A stretch of 64,000 nucleotides of DNA from Kondoa subrosea (lineage: Eukaryota). Positions within the stretch are counted from its first letter, which is position 1. Every line of letters begins with the position of its first letter. Made by a program: the position numbers and the translations under genes. Shown piece by piece: positions 27,001 through 40,703 of the stretch. Under the pieces are notes generated by a model. The model worked only from the letters and a program-made list of their open reading frames with translations, searched no databases and had not been told where the DNA came from. The DNA is taken from assembly GCA_039545335.1 (NCBI GenBank), contig BCIN01000005.1:1020641-1084640 (forward strand). The letters run 5' to 3'.

Positions 27001-28939
27001 CTATGACCGGCGGATCGAATGTTGTCCTGATCCACAATGCAGAAATTCTGACCATGGAAGATAAAAGTAAGCCAGCTTTTGTCCGTTGAATGGTGCTGAT
27101 TCGGCTTTCTTGGTCTGTAGAGGCCAATCCGATGAAAGGTGCTTCCATGCTAGTCGTAGACGGTCGAATCAAGGAGATCGGTCACAATATCAATGCACCT
27201 TCCGGTGCAAAGCGGATTGATGCTGAAGGTATGTATTTTAGCAAGCATGTGCATCTGAGCTGACTTGTGGTCAGGCGGCTTGGTCATGCCTGGTCTCATT
27301 GATAGGTGAATTGTGTCAGCATCAATCGGAGACCATTCATGCTTACCGTTCTTTTACCTCCATTAGTCATGCCCACTGGACTGTCACTTCTGCTTTACCA
27401 GCCAAGAGTTGGAACCTCAGAGCGTTCCTTGGCTTCGGCGTGACTACTCTTCATAGTAAGGACCCCATCGACAACCGTGTCTTGTCCTTGACAATTGCTA
27501 GATCCATCTTCGGATAACGTCGATGGCTATGTAGAGCGCGAAATGGTCGAGTCCGGCTTGATGCTGGGCTCAAGAATCTATGTGAGATCAGTTCTATTCA
27601 TGGCCTTCTGGAAATCTGACTTCGATTTTAGCATACTGGAAATGTTCTTTATGGAGCTGATGGGTCGAATCGAGTCGAAATCAACTCTCTAGAAGATGCT
27701 AGACAAGCTCTACGTCGTATCAAAGCAGAAGGTGGACCATCTTCCTTCTCGTAAATTCTTTCACACTCGAATGCACATCGATCGGGCTGATGGGCTGTCT
27801 TGCTGCTTTGTAGTGCTAAGAATTACAATCAACCGGTCAGATCTGCCAGGCATCGCTTCCTATTGGCAGCAAAGGAGCTTGGCATGATGATTGTTCCAGA
27901 AGGTGAATGGCTTGTCCGTGATTGATTCTCTAGCTTAAATGGTCCAGGCGGCATGAACTTTGATATGGACTTGACTCGTAAGGCTGCTCAGTAAAACATC
28001 GCGAGCTCGTAATCTGATGCCTGGTAATAGATGTCGTCGACGGTACTGTGAGTGGATAGTCTTCTTCTAGAGGTCAAGCTTATAGGTCTACAATAGACAA
28101 CTAACGAACACAATCGTTCGTGCCTTTTTTCAGCTTCTACTGCACTAATGCTCTGGTAATAGTTCCCATCGAAAAATTATACGGCGACGTTATCAAGCTC
28201 TTTGCCGCAACTGGATCAGCCATGTCACCGACCAATGTGAGGTGAAATCTCGCGCCAACTTGTCATTTCGCTGATGCTTGTCCTTCATCTGGATAGATTG
28301 TTTCCTACGCTGAAAAAGCTGGTGAACTCTATCTGTGGGCAAAGGTGCGTTGCAGAGTAATACTCAGCACTCCACTAATGTGATCTATAGGGCGACTTGT
28401 TCCAAGATTCGCGACTTCTTTCCTACGTCGATCGTGCGGATCTGGAATATACTGCTTTCGAATATCATGATGCGCCAAACATCTCCTACTCCTTCTGGAA
28501 TGTCTCGCGTTCGAATGGAGACATGATGGATCGCGGTGTGCCAGTCATTCCAGGTGGACATGGTGAAACTCCTCTTGGTCGAGCTTTCCACTGGGAATTA
28601 GAAACCTACACAGAGGCTATGACTGTGTATGAAGTCCTTCGCGCAGCAACCTATACGGCATCAAAGGCATTGGGTATTTATCCCGACCTGGGAACTCTCA
28701 AAGTTGGCAAACTGGCAGATGTAAGTGTCTTGCCTGTGTGTACAAACCTTTTCTGATATGTTGATCAGTTCCTCGTTTATCCACCTGGATCAAATCCTTT
28801 GCACAACATTCAGAATACACGCAAGTTGAAATATGTTGCTCGTGGTGGGGCAATTTACACAGCTGAAAATCTGGAAGAAGTCTATCCTTCACCCGGTCGC
28901 AAATGGGATTCGCCTCAAATCAACTTCGAAGTAGTTTAA
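24054..28939 (+). CDS. Secreted TolB/PD40 beta-propeller plus amidohydrolase-family protein
   Basis: Signal peptide; PD40-like blades (HPNGREFVFDS, PRFSADGKTLFYVSD, SHDGKSMAFVKR, FSKDGSKIFW); C-terminal MPGLIDSHAH, GVTTLHNPS, VPEGGMN, TNEHN, GGHGE, GTLKVGKLAD; many introns; TAA 28937-28939. Confidence 0.85.
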
Positions 28940-29405
28940 GTTCAGAAGAACATAAGCACGAAGTTCTGTTGATAGCTATTCAAAAATGTTGTAGACGAAT
29001 TACTGAGCTTGCAACCCTGTGTACAATGGAAAGAATCAGAATGCATGTGTCTTGATATGCGACTTCCCGCGCAAGTCCAAATCGACGTCATGCGAAGCAG
29101 TAGCTGGCTGTATAATAGGTAGAATACATGCAAAGTAAGAGCGCATCAAGAGGATACTAAGCAGAACTAATCGAGCGGTAATCGAGCAATTGTAAATCTC
29201 CAACCCTCTAGCAGAAGTCCTTTTCCGTCAACAGCTTTTCATACTCTTGCCCAGATCTTGTGGTTCGTACAACAGATTTGCTAATTTTCGGGGTTCTCCA
29301 GTAGTAGGTCTCAGCTATGTCTAGGTCCCAGGGTAGCCGATGAAGCAAAGCGAAGTTGTGATGCAATTGACCTGCATATTCGGGAATAGTCCTGCAGTCA
29401 ACACA

Positions 29406-30836
29406 TCAGCTACAGATGCGACGAAGAGCACTTGTGGCATACAAGAAAGACAAGAAACTCCCGAGCGGACAAATAATGAAGCCCCCAACCACGTACAACA
29501 TAGCTGCTCCAAAGGTTATGTTTTCGGATGATACAGCCTTGATTGCAAAGATAGAATAGATGCAGCAGAAGAGGAGAGCAAAACCTAGAACGATCAAAGC
29601 AGTTCGTACTGCTCATTCGGATCAGATTGATTCTCGGGGGAAGTAGGTCACTCACTCGAAGCTGGTCTTTTCTGTGCAGGTATGCAGCGCTGCTCCAGTG
29701 ATTGATAATCTGGATAGCGTAATAAGCAAAAGTACGAGACAAAGACTAAGACGCACCCGGACCACACTGTTGTATAACAGCAATACCGTTCGATTTGGGT
29801 CTATTCATTCGCATAGCAAGTTGGTCCAAAAAAGCCCTTCGATGGAATTCTGGTTCCACCCCTTCATCTGGTACCGAAAGGAAGAATTCTTCAATGTCTT
29901 TGTTGCGATTCAAAACTCTCTCGAGTTTGCCGATAAGCTCTTCATCATGACCAAAGCAGCAAGCTAGGGTTGAACAATTATTGAGCGAGTAATAACTGTA
30001 ACCGTGTGCTTGGGCGCGTCCATTGTAGACCAACCGCTTGACAGGAAGTTCCACTAGTTCATCCGCCCATAGCACGAGAGACTCTCGAATCAAGCTGTCG
30101 CACATATTCAGTTGATTTAAACAAGATTGAGTGAAATTGCCGACCTGAGCCTCTGGAAGCGTGTAAATCTACGAAGAAGCTTCTCATCGAGACGAGTATG
30201 GAACCAGTAGTTAAACGAGACGGCCAGGTTCAGGAAGAGTGGATTAGCCATGGCTAGCATCTGGAACAGAGACTCCATCTGACAAGATTTGGTCAGCTCT
30301 AGCAGGTGCAGTGTTAACCAACACAATTCACCTGGACCAAATGCTCCTCAGCACCGACTGTTCTACCATTCGAAATTTCGGGAGGACCAGCAGTAACGCA
30401 CAGAGTGATAGTGTCCAAGTTGATTGACCATTCGATCAATTGAGCCAAAGCGGACCTCCATTTCAGTGGTAGCGCACTTGATACATTTCCACGGATAGTC
30501 AGAGATTTGATATCAGCTGGGTTCAGTTTGTACCGCTTGATGTAAATCAACATATCGGCTGTCTTCTCCACGGACAGCAGGATGTGTTGGCGTAATGCTT
30601 TATTTACGAAAGGCGCCAGATGTTTGCAAATAACCAAGTACCGGGTGCGATAATAAAATTCTTCTACTCCTAGTACATCGCTGCTCGATAATTTGTTGTA
30701 TTTGGTTCGACTGGGATCAATTTCTGCTCGGCTGAATTAGCTTGTCGACCTTAGAATGGTCTGAGATGCGCTTACGAATAACCTCTGACACAATGATTGC
30801 CAAAGCCTTGTCTGGTAAAGATAGAAGGCCAGTCAT
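29406..30836 (-). CDS. F-box-like protein with two C-terminal TM helices
   Basis: Start MTGLLSLPDKALAIIVSEVI (F-box-like LP..l..I); five GT-AG introns join the ORF fragments; last exon encodes two hydrophobic helices ending LRRICS*. Confidence 0.6.
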
Positions 30837-32217
30837 GATATTTGATTTCTTTGATCGAGTAGTGAAATGAAATGTAGGTGCAAGAAGACAAAGTACACGA
30901 GCTTTTCAGAAGGGAGAAGAGGCGGTGTATTGATTTGGGAAAGGGACATATTCGAATCGAAACCAAATCTCGCATAGGCTGTGCTATGGTTCTCCAAGAA
31001 GAGACGTATGATAATGTGATCATCTTGGACCTTTCACTGAGGTATATTGGATTCCCTTAGTTTCAGATAGAGCCATTCCATTTTGTCAGAACCTGCTCGA
31101 TTGCCAGAATCATTGTGAAATTGACCCCTTTCACTGTCGAAACATTCCATCTTGGATGCATTGTTATGTAAAGTGCTACGAGCTTCTTGATCTTTGCAAG
31201 TGAGCGAAATCAAAGCACTCAATCGTGATGGGACCATTTGTTCACTATTTCAGTCAGCCTGAGGATGCTTCCGCTCTTGAAGGCCACGCACAGTTTCGAG
31301 CCGTCATGTCACGACAGAGTAGATGCAATTAACGCTTGGCCGAAGCAGATGGAGTATGCGAGAGTCCACGACAACGGCTTCGGATTACGTAATCAATGCA
31401 CTTGAATAGCGCTGGAGATGTTCTCGGTGATTGGCTCCCTTCTCTTCCACTAGACTGTGCGGTGCATCATCACTGCGCATGATGTCTCACTGCTGAGGGT
31501 ATGCATTGACTGTTCAGGATCAAGGAAATTTGCTCGAAGTCTCAAAAGCGGGACATCGGGAATTGATTTGAGCCTGCTGACCTACTCGGACTCACAAGAG
31601 GTCGCCTACGATGTCTATTCAGTACTGTACGAGACAATAAATTGCATCACGGTGCGTCTATAGGATAAAATGTCTTGCTGAGCTCTAACTTCGAGAAGAA
31701 CTAGCGACAGTGCTGCGACTTTCCATCGTCGTTATGTGAGGATGAATAGGCAGTTTTCCAGCAGCAATTTTGCTGGCGACCGATTTAGCCAGAAAAGGCT
31801 ACAAGCAATCGTTGAGGCTATTGTTGATGAGATACAACGAATGCACTCACCAATATGTCTGTGGTCCAGACGAATTCTTCGGGCTGGTGCAGAGCGTCAC
31901 TGGTCAATTTGGCATCATGCTCGCGCTGCTTCAGCGCTGCGACCTGGCGCGCATATAGCTCTAAAGTAAAATCTGTCGATCATCAGCGACGAGTGTTACA
32001 GAGTAAAGAGTCTTACGAAGTGCTTTCCACAGATCTTCAAGGAACAGTCTCTCGTCCTAGTTCAGAGCCGGTCAGCTTAATAGAGTACGCGCAACATTAC
32101 TAAATACCGAATCGATGTCGCCAGTTGGGATGAGAGGGCCCCAAGTATTCCCACTTAAGATCTTCTGAGGTAACCAGAGCTGGTTGAAGATTGCAGCTGC
32201 AGGCTTAGGATCTCTCG

Positions 32218-33577
32218 TCACCCTCCAAATACCGACGGCGTCTCGTACTGCCAAAAGCGGTGAGCAAAGTCGCAGCATGAAGCGCGCGACTCACCCATAC
32301 GTGCGAGATCCACAAGCTTTGGGTACGTAACAGCTACCGCCTCGCCTTTGTATACATGATTGAGCCAATCTTTCCAGATGCTTTGAGGCTGACCAAAGCC
32401 ATAAGATTGACTAAGATGAGGAAAGCAAGAGACGTACTGATCCATGCTCATTTTCCAGATGAGCTTTGAACCACTTCATGGCTTCATCAATACCGGCTTG
32501 CCTCGCGAGCGCTTTCTGCTGCTCCGTTATCTGCTTGGCTTCCCTGTTCTGTCTTTGGACCAAGGCCCGTTGAGCGACTATCTGTGCGCGTGCACTGGCG
32601 GCTTGCGCGCGCTTTGCAGCCTCCTCTTGCTTAACTACAGCTCTCGCAGCCTGCTCTTGCTTAGCTTCAGCTCTCGCAGCCTTCGCCTGTGCTGCAGCAG
32701 AAGCTTTCGTGGCCTTCTCCTCAGCAGCCGCTTTGAGACGTTCCATTTCGTCTTTCTTGAGTCCAGACGCTAGTGCTCGTTTGCTTTCGAAGGTTGTGAA
32801 ATCTCCATGTGACGATTGCAATAGATGCTGCTGGAAGTTCAGTAGGGATTACGGAGCAAGTTGCGAAAACGTACAGGCATTACTAGTTTGGGCTTTTGGC
32901 TCTTTAAGATAGCTTGCTGAGGTCCATCGTGATGGTGAAGAAAACTCTTCTCGATGAGCCATAGGCGAACCTCTTCAAGCCCTTTGTTTCTCTATTCGGT
33001 TGAATCAGCACAGAACCAGCAAGAGTTCGACGTGAGATAGCTTAGAGCGTACAGCAGTGAGAGCAGCCTGATCTGTATATACAAATGTAATCAGATAGCA
33101 GCTAAACCATAGAGTTGTCATCTTACCGTGAAAACGGGCAATCAGCAATTTATAGTGATTATCCATGCTGACGCAGATTCGACGGATTCAGCAGGATTGT
33201 CCTCAAAAGCACAATACTCACAATTCAGGCAGGGGTTTTGCAATCCCGCTGGCACCTTTTTCAAAGTCATTGTATGCGTTTATGTTGGTCCGTTCAAGGA
33301 GCTTGAGGGCTTCTGATTGCATCGGCTGATCATCCACCTTGGCTATGTGATGAGCTTGAGCAGTATCGTATATGGCCTCGATCCAAGCTTTGTACGCGTT
33401 TGGCGGTGCAACCATCCTGAAATTGGGTGCTCTGTCGAGTTTTGCAGCTGTCTTCGCCAGTAGCTTTGGCGTTGAAGAAGCTCCTTCGATAGAACGCTTG
33501 CCATCAGACCTCTTGGGAGGCGGTGGAGGAGATTGGGATGGACGTTGATGCTGAGCAGATAGATTGGACGTTGACAT
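32218..33577 (-). CDS. Hypothetical orphan protein with Ala/Gln/Lys-rich coiled coil
   Basis: ORFs 33218-33577, 32411-32821 and 32218-32451 joinable by short GT-AG introns; 3' end uncertain. Confidence 0.55.
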
Positions 33578-34845
33578 GTTTGCTTGGTAACAGAGCAGAA
33601 GAGTATATGATGGAAGAGGAAAGAAGAGAAGATACTGATTGAGGAAGAAGAGCTTGCTAAAGCGATTTTCGAAACCCGAACCAGAGAGACAAAGGGGTCT
33701 TCAAGGATGTTCTCGATCAAGCTGAATCGAGTCAGCTCTATCAGTATAGCTTGCTGATCGAGTGTTTAGTCAGTAGCTTCAGGATCGGCTCAAACCATTC
33801 CAAGTAAGTCTGTCTAATTATCCCAAATTACTATTTCCGAAATCAACTCAGCACGACCCATTTCAAAATCACTCACAAGCTCTGGTATCGCCCAAATACA
33901 ACCTCAGACCTTCTGCTGATCATTCAAACCTTGTCGATAAACAACCAACCTCAATAAATTCCTTTGTAGTATCGCGACCGTAATTTTCCCTATCGCAGCT
34001 AAATAAATGTTTCTCCCTTACTTTGGAATATGATATAATATCTGATTCCCGAGTGTCATAGAGGACCCAATATGGGAGGAACACTTGCATCAAGGCATCT
34101 AGATTATTACTGCCTCGTTTTGGATAGCATCTTCCCTTCTAATCCAAGCGAAACTTTAGCAGATGTGAATTGAGCAGCGACCATGATTGCTTTCTTATCT
34201 TTTCATGGAGCTATACCCATTATCGAAGGTTGGTTGGATTGCGCAATGAATGAAACTTGTATTGCACAAGAAGGATCAATTCGAGGCAAGACGCTTTGAC
34301 GATACTGTCTGCTGTACTGCAAAAAGAACAAGAAGGGAGTAATAAGAGTAAATAGTACAAGAGTTGTCAGTGGAACAACAGGATGTTGCGAGATCGATCT
34401 GGAGTATCGTTTCACACATTTGACTAGTACGTTTAGTCACTTTGATTTCGTGCTCGTATGGTTGATAGTATCATGTGTACAGCGCATGTCGAAGCAAAGC
34501 ACATACAAAAGGCTTCATGCAGCAATTAATACGCAAAATGCCGCCCAAGCTGATGGAAGATATGAAGCGGGCTTTGAAAGAGAAGAGCAGGGAGCGACTG
34601 GGTTATCTGAAAGATGGAGTTGTAGCGCTGATTCTCCTTGAAGCCTTTTGATGTGCATAAATTGTCTGTTTGCTCTTCATTGAAGGTGAAACGCAGGTTG
34701 AGATTGCTCGACGACAGATAGCTACCGCGCAGAGCAAAGGTCCAACACAAAGCGGCAGACCTGGCGTCGACTATGCCGTGGTCGCTTGTCGACCTTTCTT
34801 GCCTTTTCGAACAAACATTTCATCTTCTGTAAACAGCCGTAGATA

Positions 34846-35736
34846 ATGTCCGCCTTTGGTGCTATCCGTGTGTCGAGTCCTGTTACATACCCTATACCAG
34901 CTTATTCCAAGGTATCTGCAGTCGGAGGCACGCCAGATGTAAAGCTGGTTTCGAATGACAGAACAATTTTCTTAACCCATAAGGCTTATCTTTCCACTGC
35001 AAGCGCTGTGTTCAAGGATATGTTCGAAGTCGCGAAACTTGAAACCGCTGGAGAAATAGCAACTGTGCAAATGAATGAAGCCGCGATCTATCTTGATACC
35101 CTGTTACAATTCTGCTACCCTGGAGCATCCGTCTTCCTCTTTACACAAACAAGAGAACGTCTGATGACATAATTCATATGATTCGATTGGACGCCAAGTT
35201 AGGCATTGTAAGGGCTGTCGAAGCTTTAGGCAATTCATTATGCAGAAAGTGAGCACCTTTGCTCCATAAGCCGCCTCTCTGAAGTCATTACAAGCTTATT
35301 TCTACAGGTCTTGGCTAGAAGTCTATGGGCTGGAGCTGTATACTCTCGGAGCCAATTGGATCATGCAACATTGAAACATTGCTGTAGGCCCCCCAGCAGC
35401 AGCGCCTGATCTTCTGGCTAATTCCCGTAAATATAGCCAAGCTATGGAATCGTCTAGCACAGCGGATCTCGCCAGTTTCAGCAGCTTACTCACTATTGGA
35501 TCGCTTTCCATCGTTCCACCTCATCTGAAGACGGATCAGAAAAAGCCTACATCGGCTCCTGACAACGTATACACTCATTGGATGTCAATTTATAGGTCAA
35601 CCAGGTAGTCTGGATTGCTGGCAAACAGCTACATCTATACAACGCCAAGCGACTGTTCTGCGAAACCTTGTCCATAGAGAACCAAGCGGCATTTGTAGCC
35701 ATCAATACAATCTTTGATACGCTCAGACAACAATAG
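34846..35736 (+). pseudogene. BTB/POZ-domain gene, probably degenerate
   Basis: PDVKLVSNDRTIFLTHKAYLSTASAVFKDMF...LDTLLQFCYP is a typical fungal BTB; no canonical donor after CYP, and the downstream exon hits TGA (GANWIMQH*) with apparent frameshifts. Confidence 0.55.
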
Positions 35737-36404
35737 CCAAAAGTGCCCGTTCCAGTATCGTTTTCCCGCTTGTTGATCACACGGAAAACTTTGGATGCTG
35801 GCGTCTACTTCGTTGTACTTCTTCGGTAATCGTTGTTCGGATGCTAGCGGGATTAATCATTGATCGTTGTGCTTCGAGGCAAGAGTCCAGGACACTTAGC
35901 GCTCTGCAGATGGAGATGAGTGTCATTGGACTTCAATCAGACGGAAGGAAAGCGATATATGGCTTGCGGGGAAATGCTAGTCTTGCAACACAGTGTATGA
36001 GCAAGTCTGGAACAGCTGATCTGTTATATGACGCTATCCCGTTTTGCGAGTTTCCGCCAAGATTATTGAGCGGAGTCCGTTTGCTGCGTACAACCGCATC
36101 AGACTAAGCCTGAGCTGTGAATATTGTCGACACCTGTACAACACGCATATCTGCTGGACCTGATTACCTCGAAACTCCCTTGCACGCCCACAACATTTTG
36201 GTCCAAACATTGAAAAGCTGCGCAGAGCTTTGCCTGAATAGCTCCAGCCTGCTTTAAGTCGACTGCTCGTCCGAAGGAGTCTGTCATCCCAGAGCATCTT
36301 GCTTCTCCCTTCCCAATCTTGCTCTCGGAAACACCTGGACGTCATTTTCACTTTGCATGCTCTGAAGAGCTTCTGCTGCCATAATGAGAGCTGGTATAAC
36401 AAGA

Positions 36405-38757
36405 ATGGGTAGTCTGGATGAGAAGAAGCAAGAGAAACCTAAGAAGAGTAGACGAAAAGACACCTTGGATGCGTATGTCTCGATTATACAGTCCTAGAGG
36501 ACCAAGTTGATTTTGCTCATGTATGATCTCTCTTACATATTCTAGACTATTCAAAACTCCCATGGTTCGCCAGTATCTACATAGAGGTGTGATTTATAGG
36601 GAAGCCGAACCTCGAGATCCGTCGAGATTCGAGTTGTTCTTTGATCTGCTTGTGGGCTCTTCTTCTGTTCGAAGACTTAAGTATATAGCTCATCTTAATC
36701 GCAGTATGTCGGAATTGTAGGCTTATCTGTCAAACAACTGCCTCGTCTCTCACCAAATTCAACTTTACCTAGATTCGTCAATTCGCTCATATTCCGGAAT
36801 ATAACTACAATGCTGTAAACTTCGCGGTATTTGTGAGTAGTAGACTGAAAGGTGTCGAGTTTCGCTGATGAAAGAAAACAGATTGTACTGTTCTTTGGAG
36901 CTTGGTCAATATGGCAGGAAACGTTAGTCTATTCTTCACTTATCTGATAGTGTACTCATTGGTAGTGTTCAGTCGTAATTTTATCAATATGTAGGCTTCA
37001 ATCAGCATATCAGCAGCCATCCTGACCTTCACATAGCGCCGGGACAGACGACTTCACTCAGCGACTTCATATCCTCCTCATCATGTGTCTTTTGGTCGGA
37101 TATGCAGTGAACGCCGCCTCAATACATACAGAAGCCTACACAGCAGACTTAGAAGATCCGAATCGCATTCGGCTTGGAACACTAAGAGGCGCAATGGTCT
37201 TCTTCGTTGTCTGCAGAGCCGTCCGACTGTCCTTTTCGGTCACCTACGCTCTTTGGCTACCTAAGTTCAGAAGATCTTTCTTCAATTACGCCATCATCCA
37301 AATCATCTCCATTTTCATTTACTTCCCCCTGATTTTCACCACTTCTCAAGCTGCTTTCTGGGCTCTGACCTGGTCTGGTCTGGTATTCGAAGTCGTCATT
37401 CGCTATGTAGCTGCTATCTTCCCTCTTCCAGAATATGCGTAAGTGCAAGAATTACTCAAGGTCAATGTAATTCCTATCGCTGACCGTTGCTCCGCAGTCC
37501 CGTAATCAGCGTCGAACACTTTATCGAAAGAGTGAATCTGATTGTCATTATTGCGCTTGGCGAAGGTACAAGTCTATCTTGGGTTTGGGAACAACTTGGC
37601 TGATTGATGCCGTAACGAAGTCATATTGAACATCTTCTATTCGGCCAATCGTGGCGACGATAACATAGGACTTACAAGTCAATACTGGAAGGCTTGCCTC
37701 GGTTTGGTGAGACATGAAGAAATTTTACTGTAAAAGACTTTCTGAAATTCCTCTGACAACAGATCATTACATTCGCGTTGTGTTGGCTTTTCTTCGATAA
37801 CGGTATGTTAATCAGAGCTAAGGGAGCTGCTCTCGGTTGACACAAGATTGCTAGATAATTCCAGTTCATACATGCACGCCCTTCGACGGAATCATTTCAC
37901 GTAATTCTGATGGCTAGCTAGTTCCTCAACAAATTTGACCTTGTTGCGCAGATCGCTCACTGTCAGCAATATGCACTTTCCTATGGTCGCTTCAATTGTC
38001 TTGATCGGCGCTTCCCTCATTAATCTGATGTCCGCGTATGTGCTTGTGAACAGCGGAGCGAAATGGTAGGTCTTCTCGGATAGGCTTATCGATGACAGTC
38101 ATTAAGTACTGGACAGGTACTTCGGCGGAGGCATAGCTACTTGCGTCTTTTCATTAGCTGTTACCGGGACTCTGCATGTCAGCTTGGATAAGAAAGGTTC
38201 TGCACTCATTCCAGTAAGCGACAAAACTTGCCTTTCAATCTGATTGAGCTTACGTTTTCTTGACAGCCTAAAGTGGTACATGCCTCTCGAGTTGGACTAT
38301 CGGTTATCTGCGCTACTTTGCCTTTGGCCGATCGCTTGAAAACACCTTTACAATTCATGGGCGTTTATGCTGCTTTGCTCAGCTTTCAAGTCTTGTTCGA
38401 AGTCATTGCTTCATCAGGAGCGACTCCAGAAGATCCAGAATTACTGCCAGACGAGTGAATCCATCTTGTCTGTGATATGTAGATTCAAGCTGATTACTTT
38501 CATTCAGCGTCATACCGCATGGTTACGATGCGGAAGTAATGGGCGATACGCATAAAATGAGTGCCAAAGAAAGGCTGCATGCTGTATTGACTGCAGCAGA
38601 AAGAGGTAAGTAGCAATATCTTTTCTGTCGATGACCGGTATGCTTATCCTATGACTGATTAGGCGCTGATGATGTCGGAGGAGACGAGTCGCTCGGGGAA
38701 TACACAGCTCATCCCTCGACAAAGAAAGGAGCTGAAGCAGCAGCCAGAGCAGCTTGA
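36405..38757 (+). CDS. LtrA (low temperature requirement A) family membrane protein
   Basis: PMVRQY, SRFELFFDLL|YVGI and VEHFIERVNLIVIIALGE motifs, multiple TMs, many micro-exons; start may be 36384. Confidence 0.8.
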
Positions 38758-38987
38758 ATTTTCCACGCAAGTGTATCATTATTGTATCGTTACTGTACTG
38801 TATATACATCAGCATACACGTGTAAACTGTACCACTTCTCTGTCTTTGCATTGTCTCACGCATTTCTGAGCGTAGATTTTGGTGTCCGTAAACGACCTTC
38901 ATTCAATCTTGTAAGGGTCAGACAGCGAGATCATCACATCAGTATGCTATCGGACTTGGAGAATCCGGCATAAACGTCCTGCCCGCT

Positions 38988-40185
38988 ATGTTTTCACCTT
39001 GGCTGCAAGCTGGCTTTCATGTCGCTGTTTTCGTTTTTGCTCTCTTCTTGCTGGAAAGATCTGCAGATATCTTTGTGGATAGCACAGCATTCGTAGCCAG
39101 GCGCCTTGGCATTCCTGCAATCCTGGTTGGCTTGTTGACCGCTGGCGCAGAATGGGAAGAGGCTCGTTATCAAAGACGTCCGCTGCGATTGGGCTGAGAC
39201 TCTGCTGCAGCTAGTTGTCGTCATTTCTGCTTTGGCTCAACGCCATCCTTCACTCGCTTTGTCAAATATCTATGGTTCTTCGATCGCAAACATACTCGGA
39301 TCATTCTCTATCGGTCTTCTTTTCTCTCCTACACCTTTGTCTGGTTCTGAACAAACATCAGCTAGAATCTATACGATTCTATTGTTGGTGCTCAGTGTTA
39401 TCATTGCCGGTCTCGGATTTCTAAAAAGCAGTGCACAAGCTGTGCGATACCTGGTTGGAGGAGGTCTGGTGTCGATATTCGTTATATACGTATGCGTTAT
39501 TGGTTACGGGATATATAAAGGTGTCATGGCTGCTCCAGAAGGTTCAGACTCGGACGATTCTGGTTCGGAAGCTGGTTCAGAGACTTCGGATGGGTCAAGC
39601 GAATCATCGATTGCCGCGGCAGAGACAGCGAACAATCTTGCACCTTCTGAACAGACACCTTTGATCACTGAGCAATCGTCTGGTGAAAGTTATCGAGCGA
39701 GGGAACAGGTCATGCGCAGAAGACAGCGGATCAAGCTATGGAAGAACATCGCTCTTTTGCTGCTATCCACTATCTTGCTATCCATCGCTGGGTATCTGTT
39801 ATCCTATACTACTGCTGCTTTAGCCGATCTCGCTCATCTTTCTCAATCTTCGCTTGGTCTCACACTATTGTCGATCAGTACTACCTTACCAGAGAAACTG
39901 GTCGCGTTCAAAGCTGGAAGAAAGTCTCAAACGGGCGTGTTGATAGCAAACACAGTCGGGTCAAACGTCTTCCTCGGTTCTTTGGTATTGGGCATCGTTT
40001 GGCTGAGTGAAGGGAAGGTTGAATTAGGTCAAGGAACAAGTGATGGACGTGTAGATGTAGTGATGGTTGTTGCGAGCTCGGTCTTCATTGCTGCAATTGT
40101 CTGGTTTGGAGCTTTTCGGCGATGGCTTGGCGCGACAATGTTGGTAGTATATGTAGCGTATCTGGTGTCGATCTTTACGAGATAG
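38988..40185 (+). CDS. Na+/Ca2+ exchanger (CaCA superfamily, YrbG-like) membrane protein
   Basis: Alpha-repeat motifs LTAGAEWEE, NIYGSSIANI, STTLPEK and NTVGSNVF; about 10 TMs with an acidic central loop; single 49-nt intron. Confidence 0.85.
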
Positions 40186-40703
40186 AATTTGTTCATTCAT
40201 AGCTAGTGCGTAGTTTTTGCAGTGTTTTTGGAATACTACTGATGCGATACCAATGAATGAAAGTCTTGCGACATTTTTTCCCTCAAACAATGTTCCTGCA
40301 GAAAGGGGATGTCTCACAATCTAGACCGCCCGTAATCGCATTCCTCCTGTCCTGATGATCACAAGCAATGTTCCTGTTCGCCGACAAAACACTGTACCGC
40401 TTCATCAGTTCGATGAGTTGACTACTCTCGTGTTGGAGACAATCAAGCAACACAAAAGCTCAAGCATTATGCATCACCTCATCCTGGCTGAACGGCGCTT
40501 GATCAATTCTACCGCTTCGCGTTCCGACTTGGCGCGACTGGAAGCGCGCCGCACTTCAAACCCCCACACTTAGGTGCACTCCGCTACCTGTTGCTTGTGC
40601 CCCGCTCGCTGTCTTCCTTGTCTGCTTCTGCTCTTGACTTGCTAAATCAACTCGCGCTTGCTTTCCTGTAATCTTTCATTTACTCCAATCTCAGAACACT
40701 ACA

